Positions 50,004-59,795 of a DNA stretch of 64,000 bases are shown here, one piece after another. Location: IMG/VR virus record IMGVR_UViG_3300010160_000038, one strand, 5' to 3'. This DNA comes from an uncultured virus (IMG/VR IMGVR_UViG_3300010160_000038) (lineage: Duplodnaviria > Heunggongvirae > Uroviricota > Caudoviricetes). How positions within the stretch are numbered: the first letter of the stretch is position 1; every line of letters starts with the position of its first letter. The translations under genes were made by a program, and so were the position numbers. The notes beneath the pieces were generated by a model. The model saw only the letters and a program-made list of their open reading frames with translations. It searched no databases and had not been told where the DNA came from.

Positions 50004-50346
50004 CTAAAGATTTATCTTTACTTCTTTATATGGATATTTTCTTTTAATATAAAATCCTTCTCTCTCTTTATAATGTCTATAAAATGCATTATTCATATCA
50101 TTAGCATCAAATATATCAACTAAATCATATATAACAACCTTTTGTTTATCAAAATGTAATCTAAGCCCTCTCCCGATAGATTGAACAATCGTCGACTCAC
50201 TTTTAAAAGAGTCAGTAAAAACTATATTAAATATAGCTCTAATGCTGACTCCTGTCGATAATGTTCCATCCTCAATATGAGGCAACTAAAACTTTAGTTG
50301 CCTCATCTTCTCTAATTTCTTTTCTTTTGTCTATTATTCTAGCCAT
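50004..50346 (-). CDS. UvsW-like helicase C-terminal fragment, frameshifted at 50274-50268
   Basis: ATG 50346 gives MARIIDKRKEIREDEATKVLVASY then TGA; after 7 nt GTLSTGVSI..QSIGRGLR..IYDLVD (motifs V and VI). Confidence 0.75.
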
Positions 50347-50349
50347 TTA

Positions 50350-51822
50350 TTATTTATTTCTTTTTTTATTTAAAAAATTATCATCAATGTCATCATTACT
50401 ATCAATATCTTTAGCAAATTTCCAATCACCATTTGTTAATAGTATTTTATCATTTGATTTAAACTCCAATTCATAACTTCCAAAATTTAAAATAGTATAT
50501 TCCACCTTAACCTTTGTTTCTTCCATTAGTTTTTTTATTTCTTCTCTTTTCTTACCACTAACTTCACCATCTATATAATAGAATTCTTTATCTGGTATTT
50601 CTTCTTTTAATTTATTTAAAATCCTTTGACCATTTTCAATAGAATGGAATAGAACTAATGTATTTCCTTGACATTTATCAACAAGTTTTTTTATAAAATC
50701 TAATCTTTTTGTAGATTGTTGGATATATAATTTTTCATAATCAAATGCTGCTTTACCATCCCCTTTTCTAATTATTTTCAACTTTTCATAATAATTATTA
50801 TCATTATGATTTAATAAAACCACTTTAATTTCCATAGGTGTTATTATACCTTTCTGTTTTAATTCATGAGCACTAACTTCTGTTATTTTGGGTCCTAAAA
50901 CAGATTGTATAGTCATATATTCACAACTCTCATCAGGTGGAAATGTTCCAGAAACACCAAATCTATATTCAGCGTGTTTAAAAGTTCTTTCTAATATAGT
51001 AATGATTGTTTTTGCTTTTGCTTGGTGACTTTCATCACAAGCTACTGTGTAAAATTGTTCAAAGAATTCTTTTGGCCATTTTTCTAATGATTGATATGTC
51101 CCAATATAGATATTGGGATCCTCTGTTCCTGAAAACTTTCTAGGTCTATCAGACATGACTTCTTCAACTTTTAAATTTAAAGGTTTATGACCACTTGATA
51201 AAATCTCTGTCTTTTTTTCTTTAACTTCTGCCAAGTTGTTTAATCCCCAATTGTATTCTATCATATCATCATACATTTGAGTTACTAGTGTAATAGATGG
51301 TACAATTAATAAAAATTTAGCATCTGGATTTACATTTTTTAAAATATAAAAGAAAACAATTGATAAAATAAGGGATTTACCACCTGATGTAGCAACTTCT
51401 GCTAAACAGTAACGATTTTTTAATATTTTATAAGCAGCATCTATTTGGTGATCATATGGTTTAAATGGAATCCATTCACCATCTTTGTTTCTAACTTTAT
51501 GTGTTTTAAAATGTTCATTGCAAAAATCTATAACTTTTTCAATTGTAACATCTCTGTTTAATGGGAAATCTTCTTTATTTTCTATTTTAAATGGAACTTC
51601 AATTTGACGACAAGCAATTAAGGCTTCTCTCCATAAACCTAAATTTATTTTACCATTTCTAAAAAAAGTCATTGAACCATCCCAAGCTCCAATTTTAACA
51701 AGAGGATGGAATTTCCAATTTTTAACTTTTCTTGTTAACCATAATGTAATTTGATGATATTCTATTCTGGTAGCTTCACTTACAATTAATTCTTCATTTT
51801 CCTTATCATATCTAAAAACCAT
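50350..51822 (-). CDS. uvsW: UvsW-like SF2 helicase N-terminal fragment
   Basis: PYDHQ, ATSGGKS (Walker A), IVPSITLV.Q, DESH, GVSGT, IDGEV; ends in a Hint-like tail before motif V. Confidence 0.88.
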   Translation of the reverse strand: MVFRYDKENEELIVSEATRIEYHQITLWLTRKVKNWKFHPLVKIGAWDGSMTFFRNGKINLGLWREALIACRQIEVPFKIENKEDFPLNRDVTIEKVIDFCNEHFKTHKVRNKDGEWIPFKPYDHQIDAAYKILKNRYCLAEVATSGGKSLILSIVFFYILKNVNPDAKFLLIVPSITLVTQMYDDMIEYNWGLNNLAEVKEKKTEILSSGHKPLNLKVEEVMSDRPRKFSGTEDPNIYIGTYQSLEKWPKEFFEQFYTVACDESHQAKAKTIITILERTFKHAEYRFGVSGTFPPDESCEYMTIQSVLGPKITEVSAHELKQKGIITPMEIKVVLLNHNDNNYYEKLKIIRKGDGKAAFDYEKLYIQQSTKRLDFIKKLVDKCQGNTLVLFHSIENGQRILNKLKEEIPDKEFYYIDGEVSGKKREEIKKLMEETKVKVEYTILNFGSYELEFKSNDKILLTNGDWKFAKDIDSNDDIDDNFLNKKRNK

Positions 51823-51857
51823 TTTAGTTATTTATTTTTAGTATTTATCATAAATAG

Positions 51858-51892
51858 TTATATCCCCTTGTATAAAATACAAGGGGATATAA
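51858..51892. repeat. Perfect 16-bp inverted repeat
   Basis: TTATATCCCCTTGTAT-AAA-ATACAAGGGGATATAA, 36 nt upstream of helicase ATG. Confidence 0.85.
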
Positions 51893-51945
51893 TATTATTG
51901 TTGATAACTTATCATGATAATTATATCATTAACTATTAATTAAGT

Positions 51946-52647
51946 TTAAAATGATTTAGATAATATATCTACTATTTTTTTCATACCAATTGTAGCTGGT
52001 TCTTTTATGTGGGTAATATCTAAACCATAATTATCTGCCCAATCGTTTTCAGATGGATCAACATAGTATATTTTACAAGTATTTTTAACCAAGGTTGGTA
52101 ATAAATTGGCAGGTGCTACTTGCATAGAAGTGCCTACTATAATAAGTATATCACAATTTTCTGCTACACTTTCTGCTTTATTTAATAAATCATAATCTAA
52201 ATTTTCACCAAACCAAACCACATCAGGTCTGACTTGAGAACCTCTTGAACATTTATCACCCATCTTTATATCGCCCATTTGAACAAATTTTTCATTTGAA
52301 CCAGGGAATGATGATTTAGATTTCAATAATTCACCATGCAAATGTATTACATTAGTAGAACCGGCTCTTTCATGTAGATCATCAACATTTTGTGTGACTA
52401 AATTTACATTATAATCTTTTTCTAAACCTGCAATTATTTTATGTGCATCATTTGGTTGAACATCTTTTAACTGTTTCCTACGTTTATTATAAAAGTCTAA
52501 AACATATTCTTTATTTTTTCTCCAACCGTATAAAGTAGCAACATCTTCTATTTTATAATTATCCCATAAACCATCTGAATCACGGAATGTTTCAATTCCT
52601 GATTCTTTAGAAACACCAGCGCCTGTAAAAATTAATATATTTTTCAT
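51946..52647 (-). CDS. cobB: Sir2/CobB NAD-dependent deacylase
   Basis: TGAGVSKESGIETFR, PNDAH, TQNVDDLHERAG, HLHG, RPDVVWFGE, GTS. Confidence 0.95.
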   Translation of the reverse strand: MKNILIFTGAGVSKESGIETFRDSDGLWDNYKIEDVATLYGWRKNKEYVLDFYNKRRKQLKDVQPNDAHKIIAGLEKDYNVNLVTQNVDDLHERAGSTNVIHLHGELLKSKSSFPGSNEKFVQMGDIKMGDKCSRGSQVRPDVVWFGENLDYDLLNKAESVAENCDILIIVGTSMQVAPANLLPTLVKNTCKIYYVDPSENDWADNYGLDITHIKEPATIGMKKIVDILSKSF

Positions 52648-52716
52648 AATTATTTATAATATATAAATATAAGAAATAAAATCTATTTAATGTTTTATTT
52701 CTTATATTATTTTAAT

Positions 52717-53727
52717 TTATTTTTCAACAGTTGTAAAGTTTTCAATTATAGTATTTGCAATTTCAATACCAATTCTATCTTGAGCCTCACCTGTAGCAGC
52801 ACCAATATGTGGAGTTGTTAATATTTTAGAATTTGATAACAATTCTTTATTTGGATTTGGTTCATTTTCAAAAACATCTAAAGCACATCCTGAAACAATT
52901 CCATCTTCTATAGCTTTTAATAAATCTTGTTCATTTACAACACCACCTCTAGCAGCATTTATAATTCTAACACCTTTTTTCATCAAAGAAAATTCTCTGC
53001 TATTTATAACTGAATTTCCATTTTCTTGCTTAGGAACATGGATAGAGATATAATCACATATTGGTAATATATCATCTAAATCAGTTTTAACAATAACTGG
53101 AATACCAATTGAATGTGTATTTGTTTTAATTTCATTATCTAATTGTGAAAAATATGTAATAGGAAATTCTAATGGTACCACAATAGTTTTTTCCTCAATA
53201 TCAATGGCAACAACATTCATTCCTATTCCAATTGCATAAGATGCTAATGATTGACCAATTCTACCAAAGCCCACAATTCCTAAAGTTTTACCTCTTAATT
53301 CAACACCATTAGCATATTCTTTTTTCAATTTATTGAAATCACCATTTTCCATATTTTTAGAAGAGTTTCCTATAAATCTAGATAATGAAAACATTTGACC
53401 TATTACTAATTCTGCAACAGATTGTGATGAAGATGCTGGTGTGTTAAAAACCATAATTCCCTTTTCTCTTGCATAATTAACATCAATATTATCCATTCCA
53501 ACACCACCTCTTCCAATAAATTTAATATTTGGACAAGAATCAATAATATCTTTTCTAATTTGAGTTGCACTACGAACTAATATACCTTCATAGTTTTCAC
53601 TATTTATTTTTTCAATTAAATTTTCTTGATTTACTTTATCAGTGATTACAGTAAATCCATTTTCTTCTAAAATTTGTTTGGCATCATCTGAAATACCATC
53701 ATTTGCTAAAATTTTCATAATTTTCAT
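52717..53727 (-). CDS. serA: D-3-phosphoglycerate dehydrogenase (short Bacteroidota-type)
   Basis: KILANDG, VRSAT, GVGMDNID, GFGRIG, NAARGG, DVFENEP, TPHIGAAT.EAQ. Confidence 0.88.
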   Translation of the reverse strand: MKIMKILANDGISDDAKQILEENGFTVITDKVNQENLIEKINSENYEGILVRSATQIRKDIIDSCPNIKFIGRGGVGMDNIDVNYAREKGIMVFNTPASSSQSVAELVIGQMFSLSRFIGNSSKNMENGDFNKLKKEYANGVELRGKTLGIVGFGRIGQSLASYAIGIGMNVVAIDIEEKTIVVPLEFPITYFSQLDNEIKTNTHSIGIPVIVKTDLDDILPICDYISIHVPKQENGNSVINSREFSLMKKGVRIINAARGGVVNEQDLLKAIEDGIVSGCALDVFENEPNPNKELLSNSKILTTPHIGAATGEAQDRIGIEIANTIIENFTTVEK

Positions 53728-54350
53728 ATTATTTTTTCTATTTTATAATTTCTTAAATGTGTTTTAAATTTTGAAATAAAATAATCCTTTGCAGTTTCTT
53801 TAGAATTTTCAAAATTTATAATTATACCATTTAAAAATTGTTCTGGTGTTTTATTTGTAGTTAGATTGTTTATATTCAAACCTTGTCCCAAATATCTATT
53901 AAATATTTGCAATATGTTAGTAGAATTATAGACTCTTTCATTTTTTGATAACATATCCTTTTCAATGTCTAAATATATTTTTTTAACCAATTCGATTGTT
54001 TCTTTATTACTTTCTAATAGTTCAACATCAAAAGTATTACACTCGTGTAGTTTTACCCAAAATGATGTTCCACCATATTTAATATTATGTGGGAATTTTT
54101 CTTTATCTGCTTTTGTTTTAACACTAGGACAATTAAATGTTAGAGAACTATATTGTGAATTTCCTTTTCTAATATAAATTCTATCAACTTTTAATAATAA
54201 ACCTTTTGGTAGAGTTATTATAGTAGATATTTTTTTATCCAAATCCAAAGCTTTAAATAATTTATCATTTCTATATTCAGAATATAGTGTGATATCTATA
54301 TCTTTATTTAAAATAAATTTTGTTCCAATTTCTGGTATAAATAATTCCAT
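53724..54350 (-). CDS. Hypothetical protein
   Basis: KVDRIYIRKG..SSLTF..FWVKL; RNYKIEKII tail. Confidence 0.65.
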   Translation of the reverse strand: MELFIPEIGTKFILNKDIDITLYSEYRNDKLFKALDLDKKISTIITLPKGLLLKVDRIYIRKGNSQYSSLTFNCPSVKTKADKEKFPHNIKYGGTSFWVKLHECNTFDVELLESNKETIELVKKIYLDIEKDMLSKNERVYNSTNILQIFNRYLGQGLNINNLTTNKTPEQFLNGIIINFENSKETAKDYFISKFKTHLRNYKIEKII

Positions 54351-54351
54351 A

Positions 54352-55002
54352 TTATTTTTTATCTTTTACAATTTCATCAATCATTCCATAATTCAATGCT
54401 TCTTGTGCAGTCATCCAATAATCTCTTTCACTATCATTATGAACTTTTTCATATGATTTACCTGTTTTATCAGCAATGATGTCATAAAGTTCTTTTTTTA
54501 AAGAGTTCATTTCTTTTGCCTCTATTTCTATATCAGCAGCTTGAGCATAAGAAATATAAGTACTTGGTTGATGGATCATCGTTCTACTTCGTTTAAGTGC
54601 TTTTCTCTTCCCATTTGATCCTGCACATAAAATAACAGCCGCCATGGATGCAGCTAATCCTGTATTTACTGTTATAATATCTGGTTTAACAAAGTCCATC
54701 ACATCTAATAAACCTAATCCTGAGTAGATTGAACCTCCTCCTGAATCTATATATATTTTTATATCTTTATCACTTTCTGATTCAAGATATAGAAGTTGTG
54801 CTTTTATCATATTACAAACATAATCATCAACTTCTGTTGATAAAAATATAATTCGATCATCTAATAATTTAGAAAAAACATCAACTGGAAGACCTTGACC
54901 ATCATACATAAAGTTATTGTTATATTTTGAAACTTTTTTAAAGTAATCATCATATATAGAACTTGATATATTATGATCCTTTGCAAATTTTTTAAATTCC
55001 AT
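54352..55002 (-). CDS. clpP: ATP-dependent Clp protease proteolytic subunit
   Basis: DRIIFL, AQLLYL, YIDSGGG, GLAASM (Ser), MIHQP (His), RDYWM (Asp). Confidence 0.95.
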   Translation of the reverse strand: MEFKKFAKDHNISSSIYDDYFKKVSKYNNNFMYDGQGLPVDVFSKLLDDRIIFLSTEVDDYVCNMIKAQLLYLESESDKDIKIYIDSGGGSIYSGLGLLDVMDFVKPDIITVNTGLAASMAAVILCAGSNGKRKALKRSRTMIHQPSTYISYAQAADIEIEAKEMNSLKKELYDIIADKTGKSYEKVHNDSERDYWMTAQEALNYGMIDEIVKDKK

Positions 55003-55094
55003 ATTTAAATTTTATTTTATTCTTTTATTAGAAAATATGAAAAAGTTATAAAAAAGAATATGTCAATTTAATATATAAAAGAAAAAATTATAAT

Positions 55095-55394
55095 ATGAAA
55101 ACTAAAATCGAAGTAAATGGATATGAGATTGCAATTGAAGAAGTAAATGGTGTTATTTCTGTTATTGCTACTAAAGATGAAGAGGTAGTTGAGGAATTCT
55201 CAATTGAAACTGAAGAAGTTCAAGAAGGTGAAGAGTCACAAGATGGTGAAGATCTTAAATCTTTTGATAAATTTGGTAAAGAAGAGGAAGTAGATTTTGA
55301 AGAAGGAGAAGAAGAAATTGAAGAAGAAATGGAAGATTTAGAAGAATCTAAATTGGTAACATTTGATGCATTTTTAGAAAAAAATAATAAATAA
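55095..55394 (+). CDS. Highly acidic small protein
   Basis: E-rich; ends LEESKLVTFDAFLEK. Confidence 0.65.
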   Translation: MKTKIEVNGYEIAIEEVNGVISVIATKDEEVVEEFSIETEEVQEGEESQDGEDLKSFDKFGKEEEVDFEEGEEEIEEEMEDLEESKLVTFDAFLEKNNK

Positions 55395-55396
55395 TA

Positions 55397-56425
55397 ATGA
55401 TTAAAAAATTTTTAGAATATTCTGATTCTGGAACATTAAAATATTATGCTTTTGATTGGGATGATAATGTTTTAATGATGCCAACTGTTATACACATGGA
55501 GCATTTAATAGATGGTGAATGGACACCTGAAGACGTTTCAACTGCTGATTTTGCAATTGTTAGAAAAGATTCTGAGAATTGGAGAATTTTAAAAAATGAT
55601 CCTAATGAAGCTTTTTCAGAGTTTAGAGATTTTGGACCAAGAGGGGATAAAGCATTTTTAGAAGATGTTAAAAAAGCAGTTTCTATGGGCAAATTGGGAC
55701 CAGCTTGGGATGATTTCATTGAATGTTTAGTAAATGGTTCGATATTTGCTTTAATTACCGCTCGAGGCCACGAAATTCATCCAATGAGAATGGGAGTTGA
55801 ATTTTTAATTGATAATTTAGAAGAGGATAATAAAAATTTAATGTATAATAATTTGTTAAAATTTGCTTATTTATTTAAAGAAGAAGGTGAATTTGATAGA
55901 ATATTAAAAACCAAACCAAGTGAAAATCCACTTGTTAAACTTTATTTAGATAAATGTGATTTTATTGGAGTTTCTTCACCTTCTAGGGGTGGTTCACCAG
56001 CTAATCCAGAAAAAGCTAAAGAAGATGCTTTATTATATTTCAAAGATAAGATAAATAGATTTGCTAAATCTGTTGGTGTTAAAGCAGAGATTGGTTTTTC
56101 AGATGATGATTTATCAAATGTTAAACACATAGAAGATTTGGTTGATAGTATCCATAATGAGCAATTCCCAGAAATTAGCCATATGTATGTTAAAGGGACA
56201 AATGATCCGGAAAATATTACAAAAAAGGTTAGAGTTTTTGAACATAATGACCCATTAGCTTCTAGTGTATTACCATTTACACAATTTAATAATATGACTA
56301 ATAGACTTTATCCAACTGATATGGCAACTAGTCAAGATGATTATTTAAATAAATTTAGAAGAGAAGTTAAATATTTAGCAAAAACATCAAAAGAAGCTAA
56401 ATTAAAAGAGAAAAAGAAAAAATAA
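55397..56425 (+). CDS. HAD-like phage protein
   Basis: AFDWDDN, ITARGH, GFSDDD..N; CTS-like leader. Confidence 0.7.
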   Translation: MIKKFLEYSDSGTLKYYAFDWDDNVLMMPTVIHMEHLIDGEWTPEDVSTADFAIVRKDSENWRILKNDPNEAFSEFRDFGPRGDKAFLEDVKKAVSMGKLGPAWDDFIECLVNGSIFALITARGHEIHPMRMGVEFLIDNLEEDNKNLMYNNLLKFAYLFKEEGEFDRILKTKPSENPLVKLYLDKCDFIGVSSPSRGGSPANPEKAKEDALLYFKDKINRFAKSVGVKAEIGFSDDDLSNVKHIEDLVDSIHNEQFPEISHMYVKGTNDPENITKKVRVFEHNDPLASSVLPFTQFNNMTNRLYPTDMATSQDDYLNKFRREVKYLAKTSKEAKLKEKKKK

Positions 56426-56426
56426 T

Positions 56427-58298
56427 ATGAAGTTATATAGATATCATGATTTTTTATTAGAAAAAAATGAAGATAATTATTCTAGGGTATTTATTTCTGA
56501 TAAATTTCTAACAATTATTAGAGAGATATTAAAAAAGAGAGAAAGAATGGATGAAAATATCCAACTAATTTATGATATATATGTTTCTTTTGATAATGCT
56601 CGTTATAGTGATATTATAACTTTAATTGATACTACTGATAAAAATGATAGAATATCATATACACAATCTAATAGATTGGTAAAATATTGTAAAGATAATA
56701 ATATAAATTCCGAATATATAGATAAAAGATTGGATAAATATTGGAATATTCCTAGAACACCAAATTATAGTTTTGGTAGATGGGTTAGACATTATTTAAA
56801 AGATGTATTAAACTTGACATTTAATGATAAAGATGTTGAGGAACTAGTTAATGATTATAAATCAATATATGATATTATCTTTTCTAATAATTATGAATTT
56901 AAATTGGTAAAAGGTGAAGAAATAAGAGAAAATTATTTAGTTAAAAATTATTTATTAGAATCTGGACAATTGGGAAATTCATGTATGAGATATGAAAAAT
57001 GTCAAAAATATTTAAACATATATATTGAAAATCCAAATGTATGTTCTCTTCTTGTTATGAAAAGTGGTGATAAAGTTAAAGGTCGTGCTTTAGTTTGGAA
57101 ACTTGAAGATGGTAAAACATTTATGGATAGAGTATACACTATTTATGATAGTGATGTTAAATTATTTGAAAATTGGGCTTCTACTAATAATATAGATTTA
57201 AGTAGATCGAGCTTCACTTCTAATATAAGTGTTAAATTGGAAAAATCTAATTTTGATTTTTATCCATATATGGACACTTTAAAATATTTAAATAGGGATG
57301 AAAATACATTATCTAATACAGTTTTATATGATGAAAAATCAATTGTCAAATTAGAGGAAACTACTGGACATTTTACCGAAATGGCAGGTGATGATAGTGT
57401 ATGGTCACATAGAGATAATTGTTATTATAATGAAGAGGATGCTAGGTATTGTTCAGATATTGATGATTATTTACATTATGATGATACTACATATTTAGAT
57501 TATAAAGATGAATATGTTTCTAATAGTGCTGATATTGTTTATAGTGAATACAAAGATGGTTATTATTATCTAGAAGATGTTTATAAATCTGAATATTTGG
57601 GTGATTTCATACCAGAAGATGAAGTAGTTACGGTCATAATGAATGAAAATGGTGATACTGATTACTTAACAAGTTATTATGATTATTTATATATTAGAGA
57701 AGATGATAAATTTTACTTTAAATTGAATTATAAATATAATCCTTATACTAAAAAATATGGGTTTATAGATCGTGAAACTATAACAAAATTAAAAAAAGAA
57801 TTTAGTATTTATAAAAAAGATGGTGATTTTGATTTTGAAAAATTTAGAAATGATTTATTAGAAATGTTGGAAAAAAATATTCCTGATGTAATATATGAAA
57901 AATTTATAAATTATACAACAGGGAATAGATGGTCTGATAGAACATTGAAACAAATAGCACATAAAGATAATATAGATGAGGTGAAACTTTATTATAAACC
58001 TTTAATATTAGCATGGTTTACAAAAGATTTTTTAATTGATAGACATGATGGAACACTTTCATATCAAATAATTGAAAAATTTGGTAGGCTTATTAAAAAT
58101 ATTATTGGAAAAATAAAATATGATTCTGAAGTGAATCCAGATGATGTTGAAAAATTCTATCATGATTATTTTAGATACACTAATATTGTCATAAATTTTT
58201 CAATTAAAGTTATGTTAAAAACAGAACTTAATGTATTTAATGATGATATTTCTAAAAGAATATTATTTCTAGAATTAGTTGATGAAGATAAAATTTAG
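56427..58298 (+). CDS. SCM family copy 4 with D/Y-rich repeat tail
   Basis: GQLGNSCMRY, GRALVW, FMDRVY, YPYMDT; CTS-like leader. Confidence 0.8.
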   Translation: MKLYRYHDFLLEKNEDNYSRVFISDKFLTIIREILKKRERMDENIQLIYDIYVSFDNARYSDIITLIDTTDKNDRISYTQSNRLVKYCKDNNINSEYIDKRLDKYWNIPRTPNYSFGRWVRHYLKDVLNLTFNDKDVEELVNDYKSIYDIIFSNNYEFKLVKGEEIRENYLVKNYLLESGQLGNSCMRYEKCQKYLNIYIENPNVCSLLVMKSGDKVKGRALVWKLEDGKTFMDRVYTIYDSDVKLFENWASTNNIDLSRSSFTSNISVKLEKSNFDFYPYMDTLKYLNRDENTLSNTVLYDEKSIVKLEETTGHFTEMAGDDSVWSHRDNCYYNEEDARYCSDIDDYLHYDDTTYLDYKDEYVSNSADIVYSEYKDGYYYLEDVYKSEYLGDFIPEDEVVTVIMNENGDTDYLTSYYDYLYIREDDKFYFKLNYKYNPYTKKYGFIDRETITKLKKEFSIYKKDGDFDFEKFRNDLLEMLEKNIPDVIYEKFINYTTGNRWSDRTLKQIAHKDNIDEVKLYYKPLILAWFTKDFLIDRHDGTLSYQIIEKFGRLIKNIIGKIKYDSEVNPDDVEKFYHDYFRYTNIVINFSIKVMLKTELNVFNDDISKRILFLELVDEDKI

Positions 58299-58336
58299 TT
58301 TTTAAACTATAAAGATTATTTTTGATATAAAAACTT

Positions 58337-59527
58337 ATGGATAAAGAATATATTAAAAATCTTCTTCAAAGGATAATTAACAAAGAATTTAGTAATGCAA
58401 CTAAAAGGCGTATAAATGATTATACAGATAGGTTAAATTGTGCTTGTCCTTGTTGTGGTGATAGTGATAGAAATGTTGGTGCTAAACGAGGTAATCTATA
58501 TCTAAATAAATTATTGTACATTTGTTTTAATTGTGGAATAACAATGAGTTTTGATAAATTGTGTAAACGATTTAATGAACAAATTGATCCTGAAAAAAAA
58601 TTAGAAATGATACAACATTTAGATAGTGTTGTTTCATATAAAGATTATGAAAATAATCTAACTGAAACAAATTTTTCAGATCTAATAGATATGGTTGATA
58701 TAGAAACAGTTCTTAACAACAATTCAACACAATTTAGTGATTTTACACCTATAAAAGAAGGAAGTGGAGTATTTAAATATCTAGAGGCTAGGGCAATACC
58801 ATCATTTTTACATACTAATATATATCAAGCGAAATATTGGAGAAATGAAGATGAATTTGAATGGGTTATATGTATGTTGAATAGAAGAGGTTCTAAGATA
58901 TTAGGTATGCAAGTTCGTAATTTAAAAGTGGGTAAACGTAGATGGTTTAAAATCTATAATTATGAGAATTTATTGGAATGGGTTAATATAATTAAAGAGG
59001 ATAAGATTGAAATAGATATAAACCAAATGGTTCTTTATAATAAATTATCTTATTATTTTAATATTTTAAATATTAATGTTTCTACTAAAATAACTGTTTT
59101 TGAAGGATATTTAGATTCTCTATTTTACCCAAATAGTATTGGATTAGTTGGAACTAATACTGATGCTAAATTAATTGAAAATAATGGACTAGATATTCAA
59201 TATTTTTATGACAATGATTCTGCTGGTGATAAGAAGTCGCAAGAAAAAATTAGAATAGGAATTCCAGTTTTTCTTTGGAATAAACTATTTGAAGATATAG
59301 TTAATAAAAAAAATTCAAGTGATCCTTATAAACTATTACATAGAGTTAAAAAGGTTAAAGATTTAAACAAATTAGCTGAATTAGTCCCAAATCCATATAA
59401 AAAATTGAGTTTGGATGATTTTTTCAGTCAAGATATTTTAGATATTAAATGGATTCCTAAAGTTAAATGGAAAATAGAAGAAAAGGAAATTGATTATAAT
59501 AAAAAATTTGACAATTTAAATCTTTAA
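58337..59527 (+). CDS. DNA primase, T4 gp61-like
   Basis: CPCCGDS..RGNLY..CFNC zinc ribbon, Q.R, VFEGYLDS and YDND TOPRIM, KDLN. Confidence 0.88.
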   Translation: MDKEYIKNLLQRIINKEFSNATKRRINDYTDRLNCACPCCGDSDRNVGAKRGNLYLNKLLYICFNCGITMSFDKLCKRFNEQIDPEKKLEMIQHLDSVVSYKDYENNLTETNFSDLIDMVDIETVLNNNSTQFSDFTPIKEGSGVFKYLEARAIPSFLHTNIYQAKYWRNEDEFEWVICMLNRRGSKILGMQVRNLKVGKRRWFKIYNYENLLEWVNIIKEDKIEIDINQMVLYNKLSYYFNILNINVSTKITVFEGYLDSLFYPNSIGLVGTNTDAKLIENNGLDIQYFYDNDSAGDKKSQEKIRIGIPVFLWNKLFEDIVNKKNSSDPYKLLHRVKKVKDLNKLAELVPNPYKKLSLDDFFSQDILDIKWIPKVKWKIEEKEIDYNKKFDNLNL

Positions 59528-59764
59528 GATATAATTTATATTTTCCATTCGTTTATAATATTTAGTAATCTTATCTTTATTTGTATTGAACCATATTGAA
59601 TAATCACAATAATAATAACAAAATTGTATAATATTATTATTATCATCTAGTTCTGCATAACAACCTTGTCCAAACATAAATGATTCAAAACTTTTTTTAA
59701 AATATTTTGGTATATCACAATCTTTTATATCCTCACCTTTGTTATATAGTTCTATTAAATTCAT
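59516..59764 (-). CDS. Small hypothetical protein
   Basis: ORF; TATATTTGTA directly upstream. Confidence 0.6.
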   Translation of the reverse strand: MNLIELYNKGEDIKDCDIPKYFKKSFESFMFGQGCYAELDDNNNIIQFCYYYCDYSIWFNTNKDKITKYYKRMENINYILKI

Positions 59765-59795
59765 AATACAAATATATAAAATAAAAAATTAAATT

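Noticed and set aside
50305..50520. Active protein-splicing split intein
   Set aside because: Lacks block A nucleophile, block B His and terminal His-Asn with +1 C/S/T
17641..58332. Third promoter class AAAC-Nx-TATAA (before 17675, 32826, 58337)
   Set aside because: Spacing varies from about 10 to 18 nt and both words are common in such AT-rich DNA
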